Part shown: in pieces, positions 1-8,997 of the stretch
How the letters are laid out: every line of letters starts with the position of its first letter
Position numbering within the stretch: the first letter of the stretch is position 1
From: Verrucomicrobiota bacterium
GTDB taxonomy: Bacteria; Verrucomicrobiota; Kiritimatiellia; RFP12; UBA1067
Assembly: GCA_023269675.1 (NCBI GenBank)
Contig: JAHFSX010000003.1
Span: 255,018 to 319,017 of the forward strand
Direction: 5' to 3'
DNA: 64,000 bases
Position numbers and translations under genes: made by a program
Notes under the pieces: generated by a model
Told to the model about the DNA's origin: nothing
What the model saw: only the letters and a program-made list of their open reading frames with translations
Databases searched by the model: none

Positions 1-220
1 GTGGCAGGAGTATGTGGCCGGCTCTGACCCTACGAACAGCGCATCGGTCTTCTTATCGTTGATCACCGTGACCAACGAGTTGCTGTGGGTGACATGGACA
101 CCGGACCTCGGCACGGCGCGTCTCTACACGGTCGCCGGCCGGACGAATTTGCTGGAAGGGGTTTGGGCCCCCACCAATGCGGGCAGCCGTTTCTTCAGGG
201 CCAAGGTCTGGATGCCTTAG
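1..220 (+). CDS. 3' end of a secreted/surface protein (partial); PVC-type C-terminal domain
   Basis: Frame 2 is open from the window edge: WQEYVAGSDPTN...YTVAGRTNLLEGVW...SRFFRAKVWMP*. The EYxAGxDP..TNL..W..FFR pattern is typical of C-termini of Verrucomicrobia/Kiritimatiellae extracellular proteins. Confidence 0.75.
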   Translation, partial: WQEYVAGSDPTNSASVFLSLITVTNELLWVTWTPDLGTARLYTVAGRTNLLEGVWAPTNAGSRFFRAKVWMP

Positions 221-224
221 CCGC

Positions 225-1292
225 TCACTCCGGCATCCAGTCGGCGCCTTCGAGCAGGGCCAAGACGGCGAGGGCAGGCCGGTACACATACACGGACTGG
301 GGGTTGAAGGACGCGACCTCTTGGACCATCTTCGCGCGCCAGGCCTGGGTCTCGCGGCCGCCCAGCCGCGAGGCGGCGATAAGCCACCACTCGGCTCCGG
401 GTGCGGCCGCAGGTCCGGTTTCCGGAGAGAATGCCCGGGTGACATTCATCCAGGCGGTTCTGTCCGGTGCGACGAAGGCCATACCGAAAAGCTGCGCCAA
501 CCCGTGCGGATAGGGTTTGTGCAAGCCGCCTTCGAAGGTCCCCTGCCGGTTCAGGGCATGCGCGAAGAGGGCGTCGGCGGGTAGCCAGAAGTCGCGCAGC
601 CGCCTGCCGATCCGCTCGGCCTGGTCGCCCGCCTGCTTGGCTTCCACAGGAGATCCGGCCGCAGCAAAGAATTCGGCTCCTGACCGGAGGCCTGCGCGGA
701 CCTCGATGTTGTCCATGAGATATTTGATTTTATAGTCCGGCTTGGCCCAGGTCAGTCCGTCCCGGTCGGTTACGGTCGCGAGGCACGCGAGCGCCCGCCG
801 GGCCGCCGCGGTGATGTCCGGCGTCGCTTGGCCTCCGGCGCGGTGGTAGCGTCCGGCGACCAGCAGAAACAGGGCGGCCGAGCTGTCCCAGGCGTCGACG
901 GTGCCGTTGTTCGCGTACACGGCGGCTGTGCCCTCGAAGTCGTTCCAATAGCCGTTGACGGATTGGTTTTTCGCACACCAGACGAGCCACCGGCGGACAC
1001 GGGCAAGCTCATCGGGGTTCTTCGTCCGGGCGTGGTCCGCCAGCAGGGCCAGCGCGGCGTAGCTTGCAAAGTAGGGCGCGATCCAGACGGCTGCGGCGGG
1101 CTTGTCGCCGGGTGCCGCTTGCGCGAACGCGCCGTCGGGCAGCTGGCACCCGCGGATGAGGGTCAGGCAGGTGGCTACCGTCTGCTCTTCCGCGCCGGTC
1201 AGCGGTCGCGGCGTGTCAGGCGAACGCGCCTGGCAGAAACCCGCCCACGCCGCAATGGCAACCGCCTCCAAAAGTTTTCGCGCAACACCCAT
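225..1292 (-). CDS. Secreted hypothetical protein, probable (alpha/alpha)6 six-hairpin glycosidase-like fold
   Basis: Signal peptide; PYFASYAALALL, DAWDSSAALF, DGLTWAKPDYKIKYLMDNIEV motifs; helical pattern. Confidence 0.6.
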   Translation of the reverse strand: MGVARKLLEAVAIAAWAGFCQARSPDTPRPLTGAEEQTVATCLTLIRGCQLPDGAFAQAAPGDKPAAAVWIAPYFASYAALALLADHARTKNPDELARVRRWLVWCAKNQSVNGYWNDFEGTAAVYANNGTVDAWDSSAALFLLVAGRYHRAGGQATPDITAAARRALACLATVTDRDGLTWAKPDYKIKYLMDNIEVRAGLRSGAEFFAAAGSPVEAKQAGDQAERIGRRLRDFWLPADALFAHALNRQGTFEGGLHKPYPHGLAQLFGMAFVAPDRTAWMNVTRAFSPETGPAAAPGAEWWLIAASRLGGRETQAWRAKMVQEVASFNPQSVYVYRPALAVLALLEGADWMPE

Positions 1293-1322
1293 GGGCGACC
1301 TGACTCTCGTTTACTGCCCGGC

Positions 1323-1387
1323 GGCTCGGCAAAGCCTCGCCCTCCAGTACCGGGCTCACGCATGGAGGGCGAGCGGCATCGCGAGCC
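1323..1387. repeat. REP-like palindrome, family A (CTCGCCCTCCA...TGGAGGGCGAG)
   Basis: Inverted repeat; related copies at 26121-26203 and 34748-34814. Confidence 0.7.
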
Positions 1388-1446
1388 TGACGGGCGGTGA
1401 GGTTAACCCGAACCGTCCGGAGAGTCAAGGGCGCCCGCATCCGGCA

Positions 1447-1476
1447 TTGACAGCAGGGCTTGGGAAGGGCCATCAT
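1447..1476 (+). promoter_or_regulatory. Putative sigma70 promoter of vsr, near-leaderless
   Basis: TTGACA at 1447-1452, CATCAT at 1471-1476 (18-bp spacer), ATG at 1483. Confidence 0.4.
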
Positions 1477-1482
1477 TCGGGC

Positions 1483-1995
1483 ATGGACCGAATGACGCCA
1501 GAGCAGCGGCACACCTGCATGTCGCACATCCGCGGCAAGGACACGGGGCCGGAATGGGCCGTGCGCCGGATGGTGCATGCCATGGGGTTCCGGTACCGGT
1601 TGCACGTGAAGACCCTGCCCGGCAAGCCCGATCTCGTGTTGCCGCGGCACCGCAAGATCATCTGCGTGCACGGCTGCTTCTGGCATGCGCACGGCTGCCG
1701 TGCGGCACGGCGTCCGCCCGCCACGCACACGCGCTTCTGGCGGGAGAAGTTTGCGAAGAACGTGCAGCGCGACCGGCAGACGCTGACGCAGCTGTGGCAG
1801 GCGGGTTGGCAGGTGCTGGTGGTGTGGGAGTGCGAGACGAAGGACCCTGACCTGCTCCGCGCGAAGCTCGCCGCGTTTCTCGCGCCCACGGGGCGCACGG
1901 CTAACTACGCCCTCGCCGACCAGCACGCGCTATACGGGCTGGCGGCGGAGGCTCCGGAAGAGTATGGGGACGGACCGCAGCACGCGCATCCGTAA
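1483..1995 (+). CDS. vsr: Very short patch repair endonuclease
   Basis: MDRMTPEQR..MSHIRGKDTGPE..GFRYRLH..LPGKPDLV..VHGCFWH..FWREKF..NVQRD..WQVLVVWECE; start trimmed from ORF 1102..1995. Confidence 0.93.
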   Translation: MDRMTPEQRHTCMSHIRGKDTGPEWAVRRMVHAMGFRYRLHVKTLPGKPDLVLPRHRKIICVHGCFWHAHGCRAARRPPATHTRFWREKFAKNVQRDRQTLTQLWQAGWQVLVVWECETKDPDLLRAKLAAFLAPTGRTANYALADQHALYGLAAEAPEEYGDGPQHAHP

Positions 1996-2000
1996 GGCTG

Positions 2001-5000
2001 TTACTGCACCCGGAGCACGGTGCCGGAATTGTCGCGCAGGACCGTCAGGACGCCGGCACCGGAGAAGTGCGTGTCGTCCTTGTGGGCCGCGTCGCTGCCG
2101 CTCGAACCGTAGGTGCCGACGCGCTGCATCTTGGCGCCGTAGAAGAGCCGGCCGACCGCCTCGTTCACTCCCGTCGCGAGGCTGATCTTGGCCGTGCTTG
2201 TCCCGCTGTCCGGCATCCTGACCGAAGCGGAGTTGGCGATCGTGACCGAGTTCGAGAGCGTCAGGGTGCCCGTGCCGCCCACGACGATGTTGGTGCTGTT
2301 GGCGCCGAATGTGCCCGCGTTGCCCAAGACCAGGGTGCCGTTGGTGACGGTGAAGGCGCCGGTTGTCGAGGTGAACGCGTTGGTCAGCGTCAGCGTGCCC
2401 GCGCCGGCCTTGAGCAGGCTGACGGCCCCGCTGAGCTGGGCGTCGCAGAGCGTGTTCTCGCTCTGGTTGACCGTCAGCAAGGCCGGTGCCGAACTGGTGA
2501 TGACGCGCAGGCCCGCGTTGGTTATGCCCAAATACAACTTACCGACGGTCTGGTTGTTGCCGTTCAGATTCAGCGTGCAGCTGGGAGAATAACCGATGCC
2601 CGTCTGCAGGCTGGTCGCAGTCGGCAGCGCATTCGGCGCCTCACACCGGATCCCTCCGCCCGCGCACAGCGTGTCGCCCCACGTGTTGCCGGAGGACGCC
2701 AAGACCACGACCCCTCCCGAGTCGCCCCAGAAGGTCCGCGTGCCCAGGTTGATCGGCCTCCCGCTGAAGGTGACCGTGGAGCCGGAGTTAACCACGAAGA
2801 GCCCGTTGTTGTCGGCCGTAACGCCGCCGGTGATCACCAGCGGGCCGTTGTACGCCTGGATCCGGACCTGGTTGATACAGGTGATCGGGCCGCTGAGCAC
2901 GTTGCTGCCGCTGCCGACGATCAGCGTGCCGCTGTTGTTCTTCTCACCGTTCAGCACCAAGGGCTCCGTCAGCGTCAGGTCACCATAGAGCATGAGCCGC
3001 GCCCCGTTTCCGCCGTTGATCGTCGTGGCCCCATTGGTGCTGCCCAGCGCTTGGGAGTGATAGATGCTGAGGTCGCCCTCAGTGACGGTGAGCGTCCCGT
3101 CGAAGGCGTTGGCGGCCCTCAACGTCAGCGCGCCGGACTCGGTCTTGGTGATGTTGCAGGGCAGGAGCCCGTCATCGATGGCGCCGGTCACATTGAGCGC
3201 GGTGACGCCCGGCGTGTTGGTGGCCACGCGCCAGGTCTGGTGGTCAGTCAGAACCATGTCCTCAGCCAGAGTATAGGTCCGGGAGGTCGCGTTCGGCGCC
3301 GCGGCCACGATGCCGCCCGCGCCGTTGGAGATCACGCCCGCGCCCGCGGCCAGCGTGAACGCGCCGTCGCGGTTGAAGGTCACGCCGTAGAGGCTCGCCG
3401 CCACGTCGACCGTTGCCGTCATCCCGCCCGTCGCGAAGACCGCGCGCGTCGCACTGCCGAACGGCGGCAGCGCGTCGCCCGCCCAGTTCGCGGCCGTGCT
3501 CACCAGCGTGTCGGTCCCTTCCGCGTCCCACGTGACGTCCACAGGGGTGATCGGCGGGTTGCTGGAAACGTAGAGCATGCCCGCACCGCCGAAATGCGCA
3601 TCGTCGGAATGCTGCGCGCCGCTCGCCGCGGTGCCGTAGTAGCCGCGCGGCTGCTGCACGCCGTTCACGAAAAGCTTGTCCACGGTCTCGGTAATGCCTG
3701 CGGCAATCTGCACCATCGCGCCGTCCGCAAGGCTGAGCGTCGCGGCATCCGCGAGGGTCGCCGCCACTCTCAGGTCCAGCGTGCCGCCCGCCGCAGTGAT
3801 GTTGGTGCTGTTGCCGAGGCTGGCGCCGGCCGCGACAGCCAACGTGCCGTTACTGACCGTGATGCCGCCGGACGTCGCGCTCGGGTAGTTGCTCAGCGTC
3901 AGCGAGCCCGCGCCGGTCTTGACGAGGCTGAGGGCGCCGGCGAGGCGTCCGTTGAAAACGGTGTCGGCGCTCTGTGCGACGGTCAGGGTCGCGGCCGACG
4001 CGCTCGTCAGGACATTCGTGAGCCACGCCTGGGAGATCCGGCCGTCCAACTTGCTGGCCGTTTGGCTGCGCCCGTTCAGGTCGAACGTCGCGTGCGCGGC
4101 CGAATACCACCCCGTGGCGCACGAGAACGAAACGCCCACGAGCGGATCAAGCGAGCCGGCCGCGCCGAGCTTGAGCGTGCCGTTGACCAGCGTGATCTTT
4201 CCTGTGAAGGTGTTTGTGCCTCCCAGCGTCCAGGTGCCCGCGTCCGACTTGGTGACCGCGCTGGCGGCTCCCTCCGAGATGACGCCGCCGATGGTTCCGG
4301 ACCCGCCGCCGCGCAGATGCAAGGTATAGCTGTTCAGGTCGATGGGGCCGTTGAGCGTGACGGCGGCATAGCCGTTTGGCATTTCCGCAAAGATCGGCGA
4401 GTTCTTGAACAGGCTAAACGCGTTCGTATGGGTGGTGGTCCCGTAGAAGCTCAAGCCGCCGGGGCTCGCCCGGTTGGTGGCCAAGGCCCCGCCATACAGG
4501 TTCACAGGGCCGGTGCCCATTGCGTTGCTGGCGTAGACGTTGGCCTTGAACCAGTCGTTGTCCTGAGCCCGGATCGTCAGGCCGCCCGAGAAGGTGTTGG
4601 CGCTGCTGTTCAGCGAGAGTCCGCCGGAATTCTCCTGCTTGTCGATGGCGCCGCCGCCCGTGATCGCTCCAGCTAAGGAGACGCCGTAGGTGCCGATCTC
4701 CGCGTAGAGCGTGGTGCCCGCGGGGATCTCGATCGGGTTGTTGATCGTGCAGGAGGCGTTCCGGTTCAGAGCGATCCGGGGATGCGTCACGCCGTTGGTG
4801 ACGAACTGGAGCTGACCGCCACCCACGGTAAAGGCGGTTGTGTAGGCCGAGCCCCCGAGGAACTCCATCCGGTTGAGCATAAAGGGCGTCGCGATATCTT
4901 GTGTCGGCGTGAGGCGTGTGCCGCCGTTGAACTGCACCAGCGTGTCGCTGGCGCTGACCGGCGTGCTGCCGTCCGGATTCCAGTTCGCGCCGTCGCTCCA

Positions 5001-5105
5001 GTTGTTGGTCGTCCCGCCGCCGTCCCAGACGTTGGTCGCAGCGCAGGCCCCCGTCGCAACCAACCCCACCATCAAGCCCGTCAGCATCTTGTATCGCGTC
5101 GCCAT
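2001..5105 (-). CDS. Secreted autotransporter-associated beta-strand repeat (PATR) protein 1, two tandem modules
   Basis: Signal peptide MATRYKMLTG..ACA; WDGGG..NW caps; many LxKxGxGTLTL repeats; no beta-barrel; ends SGTVLRVQ. Confidence 0.88.
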   Translation of the reverse strand: MATRYKMLTGLMVGLVATGACAATNVWDGGGTTNNWSDGANWNPDGSTPVSASDTLVQFNGGTRLTPTQDIATPFMLNRMEFLGGSAYTTAFTVGGGQLQFVTNGVTHPRIALNRNASCTINNPIEIPAGTTLYAEIGTYGVSLAGAITGGGAIDKQENSGGLSLNSSANTFSGGLTIRAQDNDWFKANVYASNAMGTGPVNLYGGALATNRASPGGLSFYGTTTHTNAFSLFKNSPIFAEMPNGYAAVTLNGPIDLNSYTLHLRGGGSGTIGGVISEGAASAVTKSDAGTWTLGGTNTFTGKITLVNGTLKLGAAGSLDPLVGVSFSCATGWYSAAHATFDLNGRSQTASKLDGRISQAWLTNVLTSASAATLTVAQSADTVFNGRLAGALSLVKTGAGSLTLSNYPSATSGGITVSNGTLAVAAGASLGNSTNITAAGGTLDLRVAATLADAATLSLADGAMVQIAAGITETVDKLFVNGVQQPRGYYGTAASGAQHSDDAHFGGAGMLYVSSNPPITPVDVTWDAEGTDTLVSTAANWAGDALPPFGSATRAVFATGGMTATVDVAASLYGVTFNRDGAFTLAAGAGVISNGAGGIVAAAPNATSRTYTLAEDMVLTDHQTWRVATNTPGVTALNVTGAIDDGLLPCNITKTESGALTLRAANAFDGTLTVTEGDLSIYHSQALGSTNGATTINGGNGARLMLYGDLTLTEPLVLNGEKNNSGTLIVGSGSNVLSGPITCINQVRIQAYNGPLVITGGVTADNNGLFVVNSGSTVTFSGRPINLGTRTFWGDSGGVVVLASSGNTWGDTLCAGGGIRCEAPNALPTATSLQTGIGYSPSCTLNLNGNNQTVGKLYLGITNAGLRVITSSAPALLTVNQSENTLCDAQLSGAVSLLKAGAGTLTLTNAFTSTTGAFTVTNGTLVLGNAGTFGANSTNIVVGGTGTLTLSNSVTIANSASVRMPDSGTSTAKISLATGVNEAVGRLFYGAKMQRVGTYGSSGSDAAHKDDTHFSGAGVLTVLRDNSGTVLRVQ

Positions 5106-5225
5106 GTTCACCTCGTTCACTGCGTTATTCCGTGGTACGGGCGGCCCGCCCGCGAAAAATCATGTCGGTTCTGTCAAGTGGCGTGAGGCACGTCAGCGCC
5201 TCACGCCAGAACGTATTCTCATCCC

Positions 5226-8200
5226 TTACTGTATGTGCATCACGGTGCCGGACTTGCCGCGCAGCACGGTCAGGATGCCCGTGCCTGCGAAGTGCTCGGT
5301 GTCAATCACCTGCGCACCGCTGCCGCTTGACGCGCTGTAGGTGCCGGCGTGCTTCTCCTTGTCGCCGAAATAGAGGCGCTCCACGGTCTCGTTGACGCCG
5401 GCCGTCAGGCTGAGTTTTGCCGCCCCGCCGTCCGCGATCCGGACCGCGGCGGTGTCGGCGATGGCGACGGAGTTCGAAAGCGTCAGCGTGCCGGCGGCCA
5501 CAACGACGTTCGTGCTGTTGGGGCCGAAGGTGCCGGTCGCGCTCACCACCAGCGTGCCGTTGCTCACGATAAAGCTGCCGGAGGTGACGTTCGTGCCGGT
5601 CAGCGTCAGTGTGCCGTTGCCCGCCTTGACGAGGGAGACCGCGCCCGTGATGGCACCACCTTCCGCACCGAAGGAGTGGTTGGTCTCACTGCTCACGATC
5701 AGCGTGGCCGGAGCGGCGCTGAAGATCCGCTGCCATCCGCCGCCGCCCGCGAAATGATTCTCGACAAGGCCGGTGATCTGTTGCGAGAAGCCGTTGAGGT
5801 CAAAAGTGGCTTTGTTGTTGACGGAGCCATCTTTGCCGATCGTCAAGGTGGTGGTCGCCGGCAGGGCGCCCGAAACCCCCAATTTCAGCGTGCCTTCGGA
5901 GAGGGCGGTGCCGCCCCAGACATTGCTGGCGGTGTTGAGCAGAAGCGTGCCCGCATCATTGCGGAGCAAGGTGTTGCCGGTGCCGATGGTGATCCGGCTG
6001 TTCATGTCGATGTTCCCGACTCCACGGATGGAAAGGCTACACACGCCGGAATTGGTGACACTGTCTGCCTCGGAACTTCCGATGATTAAGGTGCCGCCGG
6101 CTTGATCGCAAGTGATATAGGCCGCACTGAGCGCTACAATGTTGCCGTCCCAAGTCGCTGTCCCGCTGCTCTGGTTGTAATTGAGACTGGCACGGCGGTC
6201 CCCGCTGCCGTTCAACGTGAGCGTCTCGTTGGTGATGGTGACGTTTTTGCCCAGATACAAGCGGCTCAAGGTGGTGCCATTGCCACCTAACACCGTGGTG
6301 CCGCCGGCCGTGGAGCCCAGCGCGCTGTTGTTATTGACCGTCACGTTGATGTTCGGTATCCCGCTGATCCCCACGGTGGTCTCCCCCCCATAGGTGTTGG
6401 TTCCGGCGAGCGTTGAGGTGCCGCGTAAGGTGAGCGTGACCGTCGGGCCGGCAATCACGCCGACCGCGCTCTGCGAGAGCGCGGCGTTCGTCGCCGCCAC
6501 CGTGATGCTGGAACCGTCCATCAAGCCGCCCAAAACGAGCGACCCCGTGTTGACCGTCGTCGCGCCCGTGTAGGTATTGGTGCCTTGAAGCGCGACCGTG
6601 CCCGAGCTTGTCAAGGTCACACCGGTTCCCGAGATGACGCCGGCCACGCCCTGCGTGAGGACCGCCCCGCTGGCGACGGTGACGCTGGAGTTGCTGAGCG
6701 AACCGTTCAGTGTCAGCACGCCGGCGTTGACCGCCGTCGGACCGCTGTAGCTGTTCGCGCCGGTCAGTGTGAGCACGGCGGTGCCGGACTTGGTCAGGCC
6801 GCCCGTGCCGGTGATTCCCTCGCCGCCGATGGTGTAGGCCTTGGTGCTGGTGTTGACCGTCACCGAGTAGGGCGCGACCGCGACGGGCGTGATGTTCACG
6901 GCAGGGGACGCCGAACCGGTGTCATCAAAGACGACGATGCTGCTGTCGGCATAGAGTATGGGTGTCCAGTTGGCGGTGGCCGTGTCCCACGCGTTGGCCG
7001 AGAGTCCTCCCTGCCAAATCAGAGGCGCTGCCGTCGTACCGCCGCCGGTGACGGTCAGTATCACGCTGGTGTCGCCCACCGTGAGGGTGGCGTTGGGATA
7101 GGGACGGTCGAGCGTCAGCGTGCCGCTGCCGCTCCGCGCGGCATAGGTCATCTGGGTGTAGGTGCCGGCCGGAGCCGTGCCCCCTGGGAAAGAAAGCGCG
7201 AGTGTGTTCGCCCCGTTCACGACCAGCGTGCCCGCGATGGCGACCGTGTCGCAGGAGCCGGCGACGGACGAGACTTCAGACGTGATCGTGTTGCCGTTGA
7301 GCGTCAGGGCGGAAGCGCCGCTGTTGGCCAGCATGAGCGTGCCGACGCCGTTGCTGCCGGGCGCGAGCTTGGCACCCGCCGTCAGGCTCACGACGCCGTT
7401 GACCGTGCCCGTGCCGCCGAGGGTGCCCGCCGCTGCTACAGTCACCGCGCTGGCCGCGGCGGTCGAGCCGTTGACCAGCAGGGTGCCCGTCGTCACGGTT
7501 GTCACACCGGTGTACGTGTTCGCCCCCGAGAGCGTCCAAATGCCGGTGCCGTTCATGGTCACCCGCATCGCGCCGTTGAGCACTCCTCTCAGAGCGCCGT
7601 TGCCGACCCCGGTCAATTGCAGCGTAGGAGTCAGGTTCGCAGCAAAGACGCTGACATTGCCGCTCAGCGTCAGCGTCTTTCCCGCCGTCGCGCACTCGAT
7701 GATGCCGCCGTTCGCGTTTCCCGCTTGAGAAACCACAGTCACCGCACGGTTGCAGGATGCGTCGTCCGCGCCGGTATAGCGGAACCGTCCGGTCGTGCCG
7801 TTGTCCTGACCGATCGAAATGGCGGTCCCTGCGCCGATCGGACAGGCAACCCCGGCATCAGCAAGCGTGTCCGCGCTGATCGTGCCGTCTTTGATGGTCA
7901 GGTTGCCCGTGAACGCGTTGGCGGGGTTGCTCAAGACCACCGTGCCGCTGTCCGTACGGGTTACCCCCCCGCTGCCGAGGTTGATCAGCCCGCTGAAGAT
8001 GAACGTCCCGCTGCCGCGGAATGTCGGCGTCCTGCCGGAACCGGTGATGCCGCCGGTTAGCGTCGCTGTGCCGCTCCCCGAGTGTTCGAATTGCATGTCT
8101 CCAAGAAAATTCAACACACGGTCAGAGGTCGTGGCGCCGCCGGTGTAGGTCATGCGCGCGTTGACGTCGATGATGCCGTTCTCCGCCGTGGAGGGTGCGC

Positions 8201-8789
8201 CGAGGGCGCTGGCGACGGCTCCCACGTTACTGATGGAGTTGTAGTAGACGCGTCCGCTGTTGAGCGAGGTCTTGCCCGAGTAAGTGTTGGCGCCGTTCAG
8301 CGTGAGCTCGCCGGAACCTGTCTTGGTGAAGCTCTGTGAACCGCCGGTCTCACCGATCACACCCGAGATCGCGAGGTTGTGGGCCGAATTCACGGTGACT
8401 GTGCGGGCAGCATTCAGCAGCAGGCTGAGCGCGAGGGTATCCGAAAGTGTGCCGGGCGAGGACGCCGTGGTCGTGAGAGTGCTGCCAAGCACCAGCCGAT
8501 TTCCGGCCAGCGTGAACGATGACAGGTTGTTGGTCTTGTTGTTGGCCAAACTGATTCCGGCAAAGACCGTATCAGCGGTATAATTGTTGGTAGTGACGGC
8601 CCGCGTGTTTCCGGAGAAAACCAGGGTCGCCGTGCCGTCGCTGGGGGGCGCGCCGTCGGGATTCCAGTTGGCGTCGGTCAGCCAGAAGCTGTCCGTGCCG
8701 CCGCCGTCCCAGGTGAAGGGGGCCGCGCTGACGGTCGCCGCCGTCATGGCGGCCAAAACCAGACTCGTTATCATGCATTTCATATTCAT
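5226..8789 (-). CDS. Secreted PATR protein 2
   Basis: RBS AGAGGAG; signal peptide; KTGSGELTLNGANTYSG-type repeats; ends SGTVMHIQ. Confidence 0.88.
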   Translation of the reverse strand: MNMKCMITSLVLAAMTAATVSAAPFTWDGGGTDSFWLTDANWNPDGAPPSDGTATLVFSGNTRAVTTNNYTADTVFAGISLANNKTNNLSSFTLAGNRLVLGSTLTTTASSPGTLSDTLALSLLLNAARTVTVNSAHNLAISGVIGETGGSQSFTKTGSGELTLNGANTYSGKTSLNSGRVYYNSISNVGAVASALGAPSTAENGIIDVNARMTYTGGATTSDRVLNFLGDMQFEHSGSGTATLTGGITGSGRTPTFRGSGTFIFSGLINLGSGGVTRTDSGTVVLSNPANAFTGNLTIKDGTISADTLADAGVACPIGAGTAISIGQDNGTTGRFRYTGADDASCNRAVTVVSQAGNANGGIIECATAGKTLTLSGNVSVFAANLTPTLQLTGVGNGALRGVLNGAMRVTMNGTGIWTLSGANTYTGVTTVTTGTLLVNGSTAAASAVTVAAAGTLGGTGTVNGVVSLTAGAKLAPGSNGVGTLMLANSGASALTLNGNTITSEVSSVAGSCDTVAIAGTLVVNGANTLALSFPGGTAPAGTYTQMTYAARSGSGTLTLDRPYPNATLTVGDTSVILTVTGGGTTAAPLIWQGGLSANAWDTATANWTPILYADSSIVVFDDTGSASPAVNITPVAVAPYSVTVNTSTKAYTIGGEGITGTGGLTKSGTAVLTLTGANSYSGPTAVNAGVLTLNGSLSNSSVTVASGAVLTQGVAGVISGTGVTLTSSGTVALQGTNTYTGATTVNTGSLVLGGLMDGSSITVAATNAALSQSAVGVIAGPTVTLTLRGTSTLAGTNTYGGETTVGISGIPNINVTVNNNSALGSTAGGTTVLGGNGTTLSRLYLGKNVTITNETLTLNGSGDRRASLNYNQSSGTATWDGNIVALSAAYITCDQAGGTLIIGSSEADSVTNSGVCSLSIRGVGNIDMNSRITIGTGNTLLRNDAGTLLLNTASNVWGGTALSEGTLKLGVSGALPATTTLTIGKDGSVNNKATFDLNGFSQQITGLVENHFAGGGGWQRIFSAAPATLIVSSETNHSFGAEGGAITGAVSLVKAGNGTLTLTGTNVTSGSFIVSNGTLVVSATGTFGPNSTNVVVAAGTLTLSNSVAIADTAAVRIADGGAAKLSLTAGVNETVERLYFGDKEKHAGTYSASSGSGAQVIDTEHFAGTGILTVLRGKSGTVMHIQ

Positions 8790-8874
8790 CTTGTCTCCTC
8801 TAGCTTATGGGATGTGGGGCCTCAGCGCCGCGTCCACGGGGTGGAGTGTCGTAACACCACAACGTATTACATTA

Positions 8875-8939
8875 TCCCGCAAAGGCGCAAAGACGCAAAG
8901 TCATTTTAAAACCCTTTGCGCCTTTGCGTCTTGGCGGGA
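8875..8939. repeat. Inverted repeat built from 8-mer units (CGCAAAGG/CTTTGCGC)
   Basis: tcccgcaaaggcgcaaagacgcaaag...ctttgcgcctttgcgtcttggcggga, between PATR3 and PATR2. Confidence 0.75.
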
Positions 8940-8997
8940 AAACAATGAGTTTTTGTTACTGTTCTCTGGCCGTAAGGCACTGAAGGGCCGCAAACTT

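Noticed and set aside
1102..1482. N-terminal extension of Vsr
   Set aside because: Overlaps the opposite-strand gene and a REP; Vsr homology starts at 1483.
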